From Candidatus Omnitrophota bacterium (GTDB lineage Bacteria > Omnitrophota > Gorgyraeia > Gygaellales > Profunditerraquicolaceae), in contig JBAZGA010000008.1 of NCBI GenBank assembly GCA_041653115.1, forward strand, positions 1 through 60,514: a stretch of 60,514 nucleotides of DNA, read 5' to 3'. Position 1 is the stretch's first letter. Every line of letters starts with the position of its first letter. The notes under the pieces were generated by a model, which saw nothing but the letters and a program-made list of their open reading frames with translations, was not told the DNA's origin and did no database searches. The translations under genes and the position numbers were made by a program. Shown here piece after piece: positions 35,544 to 45,461 of the stretch.

Positions 35544-36973
35544 AGCAGAAAATCATTAATCCTGGGACCGGAGAAACAGTCAGCGAAGTTGATATTTTTC
35601 AGGCCCAAGATATAGAAGCGGCAATTGTTGCGGCACGCAAAAGCTTTGACAATGGCGCCTGGAGGAATCTTCTCTTGCCAAAGCGAAAAAAAGTATTACT
35701 AAAAATTGCCGAGGGGATTTTAGAGCAGGCGCAGCAGCTGGCAAAGTTAGAGACCCTGAATACCGGCAAGCCGATTAAAGAAACCACTTTTATGGATATA
35801 CCTTCAGCCAGCCGCTCCTTTGGGTATATTGCCGAGAATTTCGAAGATTTTTTAAAAGAGGAAACAATTAACGCCGAGAACGCTAAAAGTCACCTGGTGC
35901 GCGAGCCAATCGGCGCGGTAGTTTTAATTATACCCTGGAATTATCCGCTTTTAATCGCCTCCTGGAAACTTGCTTCGGCTCTGGCCGCCGGAAACAGCGT
36001 CATCCTAAAGCCCTCCAGCCTCACGCCTTTGACTGCCTTGGAATTAGAGAAGATCGCGCAAAGAGCCGGGCTTCCTGACGGCGTGTTAAAGGTAGTGGTA
36101 GCTAAAGGTTCTGAAGCAGGTGAAGCGCTCTGCAGCGATAAGAGAGTGGATATGATTTCTTTTACCGGCAGCAATGCCGCAGGAAAAGATATCGTTACTT
36201 ATGCCGCTAAAAATGTTAAGAAGCTGATTATGGAATTAGGCGGCAAGTCCGCGAGCATTATTTTAAAAGACGCGGACTTGGAATTGGCCGTGAATGGCTC
36301 GCTCTGCTCCATCTTTTTGAACCAAGGCCAGATGTGCACGGCGATGTCGCGGATATTTATCGCGGATGAGGTTTATGATAAATTCACGGCAGATTTTGTA
36401 GAGAAGGCAAAACGGATTAAATTAGGGGACGGCTTGAATTATGAGACCCAAATGGGGCCGCTGATTTCCCGCGAACAGCGGAAGAAGGTCGTTGCTTTTA
36501 TAGAAAAAGCAACGATTGAAGGCGCAAAGATACTTTGCGGCGGGAAAATACCGGATGACCCCGAGCTAAAGGGGGGTTTCTTCTTTGAGCCGACAGTCTT
36601 AACGCAGGTAAAACCGGGAATGCAGATTTTCCAGGAAGAAGTTTTTGGGCCGGTGGTTTGTTTGAGCCGCTTTTCCAGGCTGGAAGAGGCAGTGAACCTG
36701 GCCAATGCCACGGATTTCGCCTTGGCAGCTTGTATCTGGTCTCAAGATAGCGCAAAAGCTAAAGAGTTAGCCAAAGAAATTAATGCCGGCACAGTCTGGA
36801 TTAATACTTACGGGATGTTTTATAATGAAGTCCCTTACGGCGGATTTAAAGAGAGCGGTTTTGGCAAAGAATTGGGCAAAGAAGGCTTTTTAGAATATAC
36901 GCGCCTGAAAAATATCTTTCTTGACCAGGCCAAAGATGCCAAGCCATTGGTTAATTACTGGTACGGTCTTTAA
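35540..36973 (+). CDS. NAD(P)-dependent aldehyde dehydrogenase
   Basis: PWNYP, LKPS, FTGS, ELGGKS, QGQMCTA, EEVFGPV, PYGGFKESGFG. Confidence 0.95.
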   Translation: MKQKIINPGTGETVSEVDIFQAQDIEAAIVAARKSFDNGAWRNLLLPKRKKVLLKIAEGILEQAQQLAKLETLNTGKPIKETTFMDIPSASRSFGYIAENFEDFLKEETINAENAKSHLVREPIGAVVLIIPWNYPLLIASWKLASALAAGNSVILKPSSLTPLTALELEKIAQRAGLPDGVLKVVVAKGSEAGEALCSDKRVDMISFTGSNAAGKDIVTYAAKNVKKLIMELGGKSASIILKDADLELAVNGSLCSIFLNQGQMCTAMSRIFIADEVYDKFTADFVEKAKRIKLGDGLNYETQMGPLISREQRKKVVAFIEKATIEGAKILCGGKIPDDPELKGGFFFEPTVLTQVKPGMQIFQEEVFGPVVCLSRFSRLEEAVNLANATDFALAACIWSQDSAKAKELAKEINAGTVWINTYGMFYNEVPYGGFKESGFGKELGKEGFLEYTRLKNIFLDQAKDAKPLVNYWYGL

Positions 36974-36976
36974 ATT

Positions 36977-38482
36977 ATGAATATCAAAGAAATTTTAGAA
37001 GCCAGGGTTAAAACACACGCCGATAAAGTTGCAGTTATCTTTAAGGGTGAAAATTTAACCTTTCGACAATTACGGGATAATGCTTTTTGCCTGGCCAATA
37101 GCTTGCTTGATTTAGGCCTGAAAAAAGGCGATAAGGCGGCGATTTACCTGCCGAGCTGGCCGGAGTATATTTACAGTTATTTAGCGCTCTGGTCAATCGG
37201 TGTTACGGCTGTGCCTTTGGATTTTATGCTCACCCAGGATGAGCTGATCTCCTGTGTTACTCATTCAGAGGCAAAAATTCTTATTGCTAAGCCCAAAGCC
37301 AGCATTTCCTTAGCGGCAATCAAAGAAAACTGCCCGAGTTTAAAAGAGATTATTGCCTGTAAAGATACAAAGCAGGAGTTTCTTGCTTTCGAAGAATTAT
37401 TAAAAAAAGGCGCGCATGCAATCCCGGCGGGTAAAATCAGTGACCAGGATTACGCGATTATTTTCTATACTTCAGGAACTACCGGCCGGCCCAAAGGAGT
37501 CTTGATAAACTACCGGCAGTTAGAAGCGCCGCCAAAGGCAATGACGCATTTTGTGGATTTTACGGATAAGGACATTGCTTTATGCTCGCTTCCTTTTTCG
37601 CATATCGGCGGTCTGATTTATTTGCAGAACTGTTTGTCTTTCGGCATCAGTATTATTTTGATGGAGCATTTTATGCCCGGGGAATTCCTGAAAAATATCC
37701 AGAAGTTTAAGGTGACCTGTTTCTGGGTAGTGCCTTCGATGTATTACGCGGTTTTACAATTAAAAGAATTCGAGAGTTTTGATTTAGGCAGCTTACGCTG
37801 GGTAGTGACATTCGGCGCTTCCAGCTCTCCGGATGCCTTACGCCGTTTTCAGCAGTATTGCCCCAAGGCGCACCTTTTGAATGGCTGGGGCCTGACTGAA
37901 ACCAATGCCCCGACCACAGTGATTCCGCTTGGCTCGACTAAAATTGAAAGCGTCGGCCGTGCAGCGCCCTGGATAGAAGTAAAAATCCTTGATGAAAATG
38001 GTAAAGAATTGCCTGTTGGCCGGGTAGGCGAGGTAGTGGTAAAAGGCTGGGTAGTGACTGACGGTTATTACAAAGACCCGCAGGCTACTGCCCAAGCTAT
38101 CCGCAATGGCTGGTTTCATACCGGCGATTTGGGAAAGTTTGACCCTGAAGGCGATCTTTATATCGTCGGCAGGATTAAGGAGATGATTAAGGTCGCCGGT
38201 GAAATCGTCTTTGAGCCGGAAGTAGAAGCCGCAATCCATAAACACCCGGATATTGCCGAGGTAGCTGTGATTGGCGTTGCCGATAAATTAAGGGGCGAAC
38301 TCCCCAAGGCGTTTATCGTTGCCAAAGAAGGCAAGACCTTAGACGAGGAGGCCTTGCGTTATTTCTGCCGCGAACACCTTGCCCACTTTAAAATCCCCCA
38401 CTATTTTGAATTCCGGGATGCTCTGCCCAAGAACCGCACGGGAAAAATCGATAAGGAAAAATTACGAAGCGGCCATGAATAG
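36977..38482 (+). CDS. AMP-forming acyl-CoA synthetase
   Basis: YTSGTTGRPKG, GWGLTE, WFHTGDLG, GRIKEMI, LPKNRTGKI. Confidence 0.93.
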   Translation: MNIKEILEARVKTHADKVAVIFKGENLTFRQLRDNAFCLANSLLDLGLKKGDKAAIYLPSWPEYIYSYLALWSIGVTAVPLDFMLTQDELISCVTHSEAKILIAKPKASISLAAIKENCPSLKEIIACKDTKQEFLAFEELLKKGAHAIPAGKISDQDYAIIFYTSGTTGRPKGVLINYRQLEAPPKAMTHFVDFTDKDIALCSLPFSHIGGLIYLQNCLSFGISIILMEHFMPGEFLKNIQKFKVTCFWVVPSMYYAVLQLKEFESFDLGSLRWVVTFGASSSPDALRRFQQYCPKAHLLNGWGLTETNAPTTVIPLGSTKIESVGRAAPWIEVKILDENGKELPVGRVGEVVVKGWVVTDGYYKDPQATAQAIRNGWFHTGDLGKFDPEGDLYIVGRIKEMIKVAGEIVFEPEVEAAIHKHPDIAEVAVIGVADKLRGELPKAFIVAKEGKTLDEEALRYFCREHLAHFKIPHYFEFRDALPKNRTGKIDKEKLRSGHE

Positions 38483-39521
38483 CCGGAGTATCATCGGGCT
38501 CACGATTCAGGAATTAGAGCAGGTTTTAAGGGGCTGGAAGCAGGAGGCTTTCCGCGCTAAACAGATTTTTTCCTGGGTATATAAAAAAGGAATTACGGAC
38601 TTCGCGCGGATGAGTGATTTGCCGCGGGATTTACGTAAGTCACTGGAAGAAAATTTTTATCTCTTTGATTTAAAGTTAGTCAAAGTCTTGCGTTCAAAGG
38701 ACAGGACCGCGAAATTTCTGCTTGAGGCCGAAGATAAGAGCCGGATTGAGGCAGTGGCCATACCAGCAGAAAAGAGACTTACCGGATGTATCTCAACACA
38801 AATCGGGTGTAAATTTTCCTGCGCTTTCTGCGCCAGCGGCATCAGCGGCTTTAAGCGCAATTTGACTGTCGCGGAGATGGTGAGCGAAGCCTTGTTTTTA
38901 AAAAATAATTCTGCGCAGCAAAAACTGACCCACTTAGTCTTTATGGGCACGGGCGAGCCCTTGGACAATTATGAGAACGTGCTTAAGGCAATCCGGCTGG
39001 TTAATTCTCCCGAGACTTTTCACATCGGAGCGCGCAGAATTACCATTTCTACCTGCGGCATTATCCCGGGGATGAAAAAATTGGCCGGAGAGGGCCTCCA
39101 GGTAGAACTGTCCATTTCCCTCCACGCTGCCGACGACAAAACGCGCGGGCGCTTAATGCCCGTTAACAAAAAGTATCCGCTCAAAGAATTGATTGCCGCC
39201 GCTAAAGGATATAGCGAAAAGACCGGCCGCCAGATTACCTTTGAGTATGTTTTAATCAAAGGCGTGAATTCGGATTTGCAAAACGCCTTAAATTTGGTTA
39301 AAATATTAAAGGGGATGAAATTAGCCAAGGTTAACCTGATCCCCGCTAACCCGGTAAAAGAACTTGCGCTTGAGCCGCCTGCAAAGAAGGATATTTTATT
39401 GTTCAGGGATTATCTTCTTAAGCAGGGAGTAAATGTAACCTTGAGGATGCCGCGGGGCGAGGATATTGCTGCTGCCTGCGGGCAATTAAGATTAAGAGAT
39501 GAAAAAATTTACCATTCATAG
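38475..39521 (+). CDS. rlmN: Dual-specificity RNA methyltransferase RlmN
   Basis: CISTQIGCKFSCAFC, VFMGTGEP, ARRITIST, SISLHA, FEYVLI, VNLIP, GEDIAAACGQL; ATG 38475 preferred over 38379. Confidence 0.93.
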   Translation: MNSRSIIGLTIQELEQVLRGWKQEAFRAKQIFSWVYKKGITDFARMSDLPRDLRKSLEENFYLFDLKLVKVLRSKDRTAKFLLEAEDKSRIEAVAIPAEKRLTGCISTQIGCKFSCAFCASGISGFKRNLTVAEMVSEALFLKNNSAQQKLTHLVFMGTGEPLDNYENVLKAIRLVNSPETFHIGARRITISTCGIIPGMKKLAGEGLQVELSISLHAADDKTRGRLMPVNKKYPLKELIAAAKGYSEKTGRQITFEYVLIKGVNSDLQNALNLVKILKGMKLAKVNLIPANPVKELALEPPAKKDILLFRDYLLKQGVNVTLRMPRGEDIAAACGQLRLRDEKIYHS

Positions 39522-40143
39522 TTTGTGGCTCATTATTATTGTCTTGGCTGCCTTTAGCGGCTGCGCTAAGCGCGAGATTAAAAACATAGATGCCGGCGGT
39601 AAAAATATCATTTGTTTCGGCGATAGCATTACTTTTGGCTACGGGGCAAACCATGGAGAAGATTATCCCACGGCTTTAGAAAAGATGATTAATCTGCCGG
39701 TAATCAACGCCGGCATAGATGGCGATACGTCCGGGGAAGCGTTGAAGCGGCTGGAGTCCGATGTCCTGGATAGAAACCCCTTACTGGTAATTGTTGAATT
39801 TGGCGGGAATGACTTTTTAAGGAAAATCCCCCGCGAAGAAACCGTTAACAACATCGGGGAGATGGTGGAAAAAATTCAGGCCGCAGGCGCGATGGCGGCG
39901 ATTGTGGATATCAGCGCCGGGATGTTTCTGGCGGAATACCGGAAGCTGTTTTATAAACTGGCGCAGGAAAAAGAAGCGATATTTATCGGCCGTATCTTAA
40001 GCGGCATCATTACCAACCCGCAGATGAAGAGTGACTTTATGCATCCTAATGCCGAGGGCTATAAGCTGATTGCCTGCCGGATTTATAACGCCATCATCCC
40101 CTATTTGAACCAGAATATCCTGCTTAGGCAAGCTCGAAGATAA
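39499..40143 (+). CDS. GDSL/SGNH arylesterase-thioesterase (TesA-like) lipoprotein
   Basis: Lipobox FSGC, FGDSITFG, NAGIDGDT, GGNDFL, DFMHPN. Confidence 0.88.
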   Translation: MKKFTIHSLWLIIIVLAAFSGCAKREIKNIDAGGKNIICFGDSITFGYGANHGEDYPTALEKMINLPVINAGIDGDTSGEALKRLESDVLDRNPLLVIVEFGGNDFLRKIPREETVNNIGEMVEKIQAAGAMAAIVDISAGMFLAEYRKLFYKLAQEKEAIFIGRILSGIITNPQMKSDFMHPNAEGYKLIACRIYNAIIPYLNQNILLRQARR

Positions 40144-40152
40144 ATTTCTGAT

Positions 40153-41370
40153 TTATTCTAAAACACCGTTTTTACAGACCGCGGCAAACTTCCTGGCGCT
40201 TTCCCTGACTATCCTTTTATAATTATTATAATCTACTTCTATCAGCCCGAAGCGCGGGGCAAAACCCTGGTGCCATTCAAAATTGTCCAAGAGCGACCAA
40301 TAAAGATAACCGGCGACATTGACTCCCTTTTCCATGGCCAGGCGGATATTTTTTAAATGGTTATAGATATATTCCCAGCGGAGGTTGTCGTCCGGCGTAC
40401 AGATGCCGTTTTCCGTAATAATTACCGGGAGCTTGTATTTTTTAAGTTTTAAAAGTATAGTATATAACCCTTCCGGATAGATATCCCAGCCGAGTGAATT
40501 TTTCTTCACCGGATGATGGTTGTTCTGGCAGGTATCCAGCGCAAGATGCTCGATACTCCAGTTATATACATCCACCAACTGCCGCGAATAATAATTGAGC
40601 CCGATAAAATCCAGGGTTTTCCGGCCGCCGACTCTCCTGATAAAGCCAGAATTATACCATTTATCCCTAAGCCAGGCGGCGAAGCGGTTTTTTAAAGCCG
40701 GGGTGCAGGGGACAAAGGCCTGCATATTCTGGGCGATGCTGACCGAGGGCGCGGGAATTTTTAATTCCCTATAAATTTTATGTATCAGGCGGTAGGCCCG
40801 GATGTGCGCCGCAATAAGATTATTTTCCACTCTTTTGGCCCGGCAATATGATTTCGCCTGGGGCGGCCAGATCCCGATAACATAAGACTGGTGGGTATAG
40901 ACATTTGGCTCGTTAATCGTAATCCAGTAGCGGACATATTTTCCCAGGGCGCGCACTACAAATTCAGAATAACGCAGGAATTTTGCGACGCTGCCCGGGT
41001 TTTCCCAGCCGCCGGATTTACTAAGCCAAAGCGGATTCGTAAAATGATGCAGCGTTACCATTGGTTCAAGATTACGCTGCTTTAGGGCGAGGATTACCTC
41101 AATATAGTGCTGTAATTCTTTTTCCGATAATTTTCCTTCTTCCGGCTCAATGCGGCTCCACTCCAGAGAGAGGCGGTGGGCATTGTGATTCAGGCCCTGC
41201 GCTAAGTCAAAGTCCCGGCTATAAAGTTCATAGTGGCGGCAGGCCTGTCCGGAGTTTTCGCGCCCGGTTTCTTTCTCCCATTGCCACCAGTCAGAATCGG
41301 TATTATTACCTTCAACCTGGTAGGAACTGGTTGCCGCTCCCCAAAGGAAACCGTGCGGAAATTTTAGCAT
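40153..41370 (-). CDS. Glycoside hydrolase family 1 (beta-glucosidase-like)
   Basis: GAATSSYQVEG, RLSLEWSRIEP, TINEP, ITENG, WSLLDNFEW. Confidence 0.93.
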   Translation of the reverse strand: MLKFPHGFLWGAATSSYQVEGNNTDSDWWQWEKETGRENSGQACRHYELYSRDFDLAQGLNHNAHRLSLEWSRIEPEEGKLSEKELQHYIEVILALKQRNLEPMVTLHHFTNPLWLSKSGGWENPGSVAKFLRYSEFVVRALGKYVRYWITINEPNVYTHQSYVIGIWPPQAKSYCRAKRVENNLIAAHIRAYRLIHKIYRELKIPAPSVSIAQNMQAFVPCTPALKNRFAAWLRDKWYNSGFIRRVGGRKTLDFIGLNYYSRQLVDVYNWSIEHLALDTCQNNHHPVKKNSLGWDIYPEGLYTILLKLKKYKLPVIITENGICTPDDNLRWEYIYNHLKNIRLAMEKGVNVAGYLYWSLLDNFEWHQGFAPRFGLIEVDYNNYKRIVRESARKFAAVCKNGVLE

Positions 41371-41392
41371 GGTAGAAACGCGTAGAATTAAG

Positions 41393-41475
41393 TGCCGAGG
41401 GAGGGAGTTGAACCCTCACGAGGTTACCCTCATCGGTTTTTGAGACCGACGTGTATGCCATTCCACCACCCCGGC
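41393..41475 (-). tRNA. tRNA-Leu(CAA), CCA not encoded
   Basis: Reverse strand GCCGGGG..., D-arm TGGAATGGCATACA, anticodon arm TCGGT-CTCAAAA-ACCGA, long variable arm, GGTTCAACTCC, acceptor CCTCGGC-A followed by CTT. Confidence 0.93.
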
Positions 41476-41599
41476 AAAAAGATAGTTGACGGGAGTTATT
41501 TTATATTCTAAAATAGCAAAGGTCAATAAGAATAATTTTTTCACCTTGCGGTCTTAGGACAAAAGTTCGCGTAGTAAAATTTTACATTAAAAATTTTTG

Positions 41600-41675
41600 G
41601 GGCCTGTAGCTCAGCTGGGAGAGCACTTGCATGGCATGCAAGGGGTCAGGAGTTCGATCCTCCTCAGGTCCACCA
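41600..41675 (+). tRNA. tRNA-Ala(GGC)
   Basis: GGGCCTG-TAGCTCAGCTGGGAGAGC, CTTGC-ATGGCAT-GCAAG, GTTCGATCC, CAGGTCC-ACCA; G3:U70 identity pair present. Confidence 0.96.
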
Positions 41676-41740
41676 TTTTTTCATTAATGAAAAAATGGCG
41701 GATGCCGAAACACATTGTTTCGGCGCCACAAAACTTGATC

Positions 41741-41770
41741 GGGCGGCGTTCAGGCCGCCCTCTTTTATTT
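41741..41770 (+). terminator. Rho-independent terminator after tRNA-Ala
   Basis: GGGCGGC-GTTCAG-GCCGCCC then TCTTTTATTT; a second perfect hairpin GCCGAAACA/TGTTTCGGC lies at 41704-41724. Confidence 0.7.
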
Positions 41771-41777
41771 ACATTAC

Positions 41778-41806
41778 TTGACGCTAACTTCCCCGTGGAG
41801 TATAAT
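41778..41806 (+). promoter_or_regulatory. sigma70 promoter for nfo-leuS (very short leader)
   Basis: TTGACG, 17 nt, TATAAT; ATG only 10 nt downstream and no obvious SD. Confidence 0.7.
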
Positions 41807-41816
41807 TTAGGGCATC

Positions 41817-42662
41817 ATGCTTTTAGGGATACAGGTTTCTACCGAGGGTAAAATCTACGATGCGCTGGCGCGCGCCGGGCAATTGGGGTGCAATACCATG
41901 CAGATATTTTCGCGCAACCCCCAAAGATGGCGCCGGGATTTTTTAAACCCCGAAGACATCAGAGAGTTTAACCGCCGGCAGGAAAGCTTAAAAATAAAGC
42001 CGATTTTTATTCACGTGCCTTATTTAATTAACCTGGCTTCCCCGAATCCCAGGTTATACGAGGCATCTATTGAGGCCTATATTGAGGATATATTAGAGGC
42101 GGCTACCCTAAACGCAGACTACATTGTTACCCATATGGGCAGCCATAAGGGGACCTCGGAAGCAGCGGGTATCCAAAGATTAATTGAAGCCTTAAACCGG
42201 ATTTTAGAAAAGACCCGCTCGGCCAAGGCGGGAATATTATTGGAAAATACTTCCGGCAGCGGCTCGTGGCTGGGCTATAAATTCAGCCACCACAAAGCGA
42301 TTCTCAGCGGCTTAAAAGAGAAGAGCCGCTTTGGGCTCTGCCTGGATACCGCGCATGCCTATTTGGCAGGATATGACTTGTCCACGACAGCAGGCCTGGA
42401 AGCGACTTTGCAAGAGATAGATAAATCAGTCGGCTTAAGCCTGGTTAAGCTTATCCATTTAAATGACGCTAAGGCCGCCTTAGGCACGCACCTTGACCGG
42501 CACGAGCATATCGGCAAGGGGCATATCGGGCTGGAGGGGATGCGCAGGATTATCAACCACCCTAAATTGCGGGATTTAGCCTTTATTTTGGAGACGCCGA
42601 AGAAAAACGAGCAGGATGATTTAATGAACTTAAATACTGTAAGAAAATTACGCGTGAATTAG
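41817..42662 (+). CDS. nfo: Endonuclease IV
   Basis: [48 protein letters not shown]. Confidence 0.95.
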   Translation: MLLGIQVSTEGKIYDALARAGQLGCNTMQIFSRNPQRWRRDFLNPEDIREFNRRQESLKIKPIFIHVPYLINLASPNPRLYEASIEAYIEDILEAATLNADYIVTHMGSHKGTSEAAGIQRLIEALNRILEKTRSAKAGILLENTSGSGSWLGYKFSHHKAILSGLKEKSRFGLCLDTAHAYLAGYDLSTTAGLEATLQEIDKSVGLSLVKLIHLNDAKAALGTHLDRHEHIGKGHIGLEGMRRIINHPKLRDLAFILETPKKNEQDDLMNLNTVRKLRVN

Positions 42663-42667
42663 AAGCG

Positions 42668-45067
42668 ATGGATTACAATTTTAAAAAAATCGAAGAAAAA
42701 TGGCAGAAGGAATGGGCGAGAAAGAAGCTTTTCGGCGCCTCAGCCGATAGTGCCAGAAAAAAATATTATCTTCTGGAGATGTTTCCCTACCCCTCCGGGA
42801 AAATCCACATGGGCCATGTGCGCAATTATACTATCGGCGATGTAGCGGCCAGATTTAAGATGATGCAGGGTTTTTCTGTGCTGCACCCGATGGGCTTTGA
42901 CGCCTTTGGCCAGCCCGCGGAAAACGCCGCGATAAAAAACCAGAGCCATCCCGCAGCCTGGACCCACAGGTGTATTGCTGAAATGCGCGCGGAAATGAAA
43001 AAAATGGGGTTTTCTTATGACTGGGGCAGGGAAATTTCAACCTGCCTGCCTGATTATTACCGCTGGAATCAGTGGATATTCCTGAAGATGTATGAAAAGG
43101 GCCTGGTTTATAAAAAAGAGGCGCTGGTGAACTGGTGCCCTGACTGTGAAACCACGCTTGCCAATGAAGAGGTGATTGACGGCAAATGCTGGCGCTGTAA
43201 AAGCGAAGTAATACAGAAGGATTTAGAGCAGTGGTTTATCAAAACTACTGCTTATAAAGAAAAGTTATTAGGGGATTTAAGCCGGCTGAAATCCTGGCCG
43301 GAACGCGTTTTAACCATGCAGAAGAACTGGCTGGGCAAAAGCGAAGGCGTGGAGATTTATTTTAAGGAAAAGGAGAGCGGAGAAATTATCCCGGTTTTTA
43401 CCACGCGCCAGGATACGATATTCGGTGCAACCTATCTCGTGCTTGCTCCGGAGCATCCCCTGGTGAAGAAAGTGATCCGGGGTAAGTCCCAGGAAAAAGA
43501 AGTTTTACGCTTTATTGAAAAGGTGGGCAAAGAAAGCAAAATCGTGCGCGCCTCTTCCGATGTAAAGAAGGAAGGCGTATTTACCGGAGGCTATGCAGTC
43601 AACCCGGTTAACCAGGAAGCAATCCCGATTTGGGTTGCGGATTACGTCTTGATGGAATACGGCAGCGGCGCGATTATGGCCGTGCCCACGCATGACCAGC
43701 GCGATTTTCTTTTTGCCAAAGAGCACCAATTGCCGATGCGGATAGTGATAGAAAATCCCCAATCCCGGATCTCAAGCCCCGGGGAGCTGACTGAAGCTTA
43801 TGAAGGCGATGGGGTTCAGGTAAATTCTGCGCAATTTGACGGCTTATCTAATCAGGAAGCAAAAATAAAGATCGCCGAATGGATGGAGAAGGGCGCTATC
43901 GGCAAAAGAACGGTGAATTGGCGCTTGCGCGATTGGCTGATTTCGCGCCAGCGTTACTGGGGAACGCCGATTCCGATGATTTATTGCCCGCAATGCGGAA
44001 TTGTCCCTGTGCCGGATAAGGACCTGCCCGTAGAGCTGCCGGAGAAGGTTAAATTTTCCGGCCGCGGCGGGAGCCCGCTTTTATCGGCAAAGAATTTTGT
44101 AGAAACCAAATGCCCTAAATGCAAATCAAAGGCGCGCCGGGAAACCGACACCATGGCGACATTTTTTGATTCATCCTGGTATTTCTTGAGGTTTTGCTCG
44201 CCTAAATTTGCTCAAGGTCCTTTTGATAAAGAAGAAGTGCGTTACTGGATGCCGGTTGACCAGTATATCGGGGGCATTGAGCACGCAGTGCTGCACCTGC
44301 TTTACTCCCGCTTTTTTAGCAAATTTTTAAAGGAAATCGGCCTCTTATCTTTTGAGGAGCCGTTTGAGAAGCTGCTGACGCAGGGCATGGTCTTAAAAGA
44401 GGGCAAGGTGATGTCCAAGTCTTTGGGGAATATCGTTGACCCGGATTCGATTGTCAAAAAATACGGCGCCGATAGCTTAAGGTTATTCATCCTTTTTGCC
44501 GCGCCTCCGGAAACCGAATTGGAATGGGATTCCCGGGGCATTGAGGGAGCGTTTAAATTCTTAAACCGGGTCTGGCGGATACAGGATTCCCTGAAGGAAA
44601 AATCCGCACCCGACCTGATCCGGGTTCTGCACCGGACAATTAAAAAGGTCACCGGGGATTTAGGGGATTTTAAATTCAATACCGCCATCGCCGGTTTAAT
44701 GGAGCTGGTAAACGCAATTTATCAGTCAGGCGCGGATAAAGAGGTATTTTCCAAGCTAGTGATTATGCTTAGCCCGTTTGCCCCGCATTTTTGCGAAGAG
44801 CTCTGGCAGATTTTAGGGAATAAAGAAAGTATTTTTAAAAGTGCCTGGCCGGAATTTGACCCGCAGATATTAGTTGAAGAAAGCGTAACCATTGTCATCC
44901 AGGTCAACGGAAAGATGCGCTCCAAGATAGAAGTCCCCGCCGATACTTCCGATGAGAAGCTCAAGGAACTCATCCTGCACGATGAGAAATTAAAACCCTG
45001 GATTCAGGATAAGCCCCTGAAAAATTTTATCCTCGTCCCCAAGAAGCTCGCCAACCTCGTAGTTTAA
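42668..45067 (+). CDS. leuS: Leucine--tRNA ligase
   Basis: [54 protein letters not shown]. Confidence 0.98.
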   Translation: MDYNFKKIEEKWQKEWARKKLFGASADSARKKYYLLEMFPYPSGKIHMGHVRNYTIGDVAARFKMMQGFSVLHPMGFDAFGQPAENAAIKNQSHPAAWTHRCIAEMRAEMKKMGFSYDWGREISTCLPDYYRWNQWIFLKMYEKGLVYKKEALVNWCPDCETTLANEEVIDGKCWRCKSEVIQKDLEQWFIKTTAYKEKLLGDLSRLKSWPERVLTMQKNWLGKSEGVEIYFKEKESGEIIPVFTTRQDTIFGATYLVLAPEHPLVKKVIRGKSQEKEVLRFIEKVGKESKIVRASSDVKKEGVFTGGYAVNPVNQEAIPIWVADYVLMEYGSGAIMAVPTHDQRDFLFAKEHQLPMRIVIENPQSRISSPGELTEAYEGDGVQVNSAQFDGLSNQEAKIKIAEWMEKGAIGKRTVNWRLRDWLISRQRYWGTPIPMIYCPQCGIVPVPDKDLPVELPEKVKFSGRGGSPLLSAKNFVETKCPKCKSKARRETDTMATFFDSSWYFLRFCSPKFAQGPFDKEEVRYWMPVDQYIGGIEHAVLHLLYSRFFSKFLKEIGLLSFEEPFEKLLTQGMVLKEGKVMSKSLGNIVDPDSIVKKYGADSLRLFILFAAPPETELEWDSRGIEGAFKFLNRVWRIQDSLKEKSAPDLIRVLHRTIKKVTGDLGDFKFNTAIAGLMELVNAIYQSGADKEVFSKLVIMLSPFAPHFCEELWQILGNKESIFKSAWPEFDPQILVEESVTIVIQVNGKMRSKIEVPADTSDEKLKELILHDEKLKPWIQDKPLKNFILVPKKLANLVV

Positions 45068-45116
45068 GCAAAAATCCCCGTTAGATTCTCCCTCTTTTTA
45101 CGTCTATTAAGGAAGA

Positions 45117-45458
45117 ATGAAGTATTTTATCTTTAGCCTTACTCCCCAGGAGCGCAGGGTTGTCTTATTTTTAACCGGCATCGCCTTGCTTGGCATCGGA
45201 GCGGATTTTTTACTCAAGAAGTATTTCCCGGGTAAAGCCGTTTCCAGCCTCAGCTGCGATATCGGCAAGGTTGACCTGAACAGCGCCGACAAGGAATTAT
45301 TGATGGAGGTCCCGGGAATCGGAGATAAATTAGCCGGTCGCATCATTGAATACAGGAAGAAACAGGAAGCTTTTTATAGCATAGAAGAACTGAAGAATAT
45401 TAAGGGTATCGGTAATTATAAATATGAAAGAATTAAGGATGCATTTATCGTGAGGTAA
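45117..45458 (+). CDS. comEA: ComEA-type helix-hairpin-helix DNA-binding protein
   Basis: N-terminal TM, VDLNSADKELLMEVPGIG, ELKNIKGIG. Confidence 0.88.
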   Translation: MKYFIFSLTPQERRVVLFLTGIALLGIGADFLLKKYFPGKAVSSLSCDIGKVDLNSADKELLMEVPGIGDKLAGRIIEYRKKQEAFYSIEELKNIKGIGNYKYERIKDAFIVR

Positions 45459-45461
45459 CTG

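Noticed and set aside
39499-40143. TesA-like esterase as the PKS chain-release thioesterase
   Set aside because: It carries a lipoprotein signal (exported) and lies beyond rlmN, so access to cytoplasmic ACP is unlikely; mentioned only as a weak possibility.
41393-41675. tRNAs as a prophage or island integration site
   Set aside because: No integrase, no duplicated tRNA 3' end, and the flanking genes look native.
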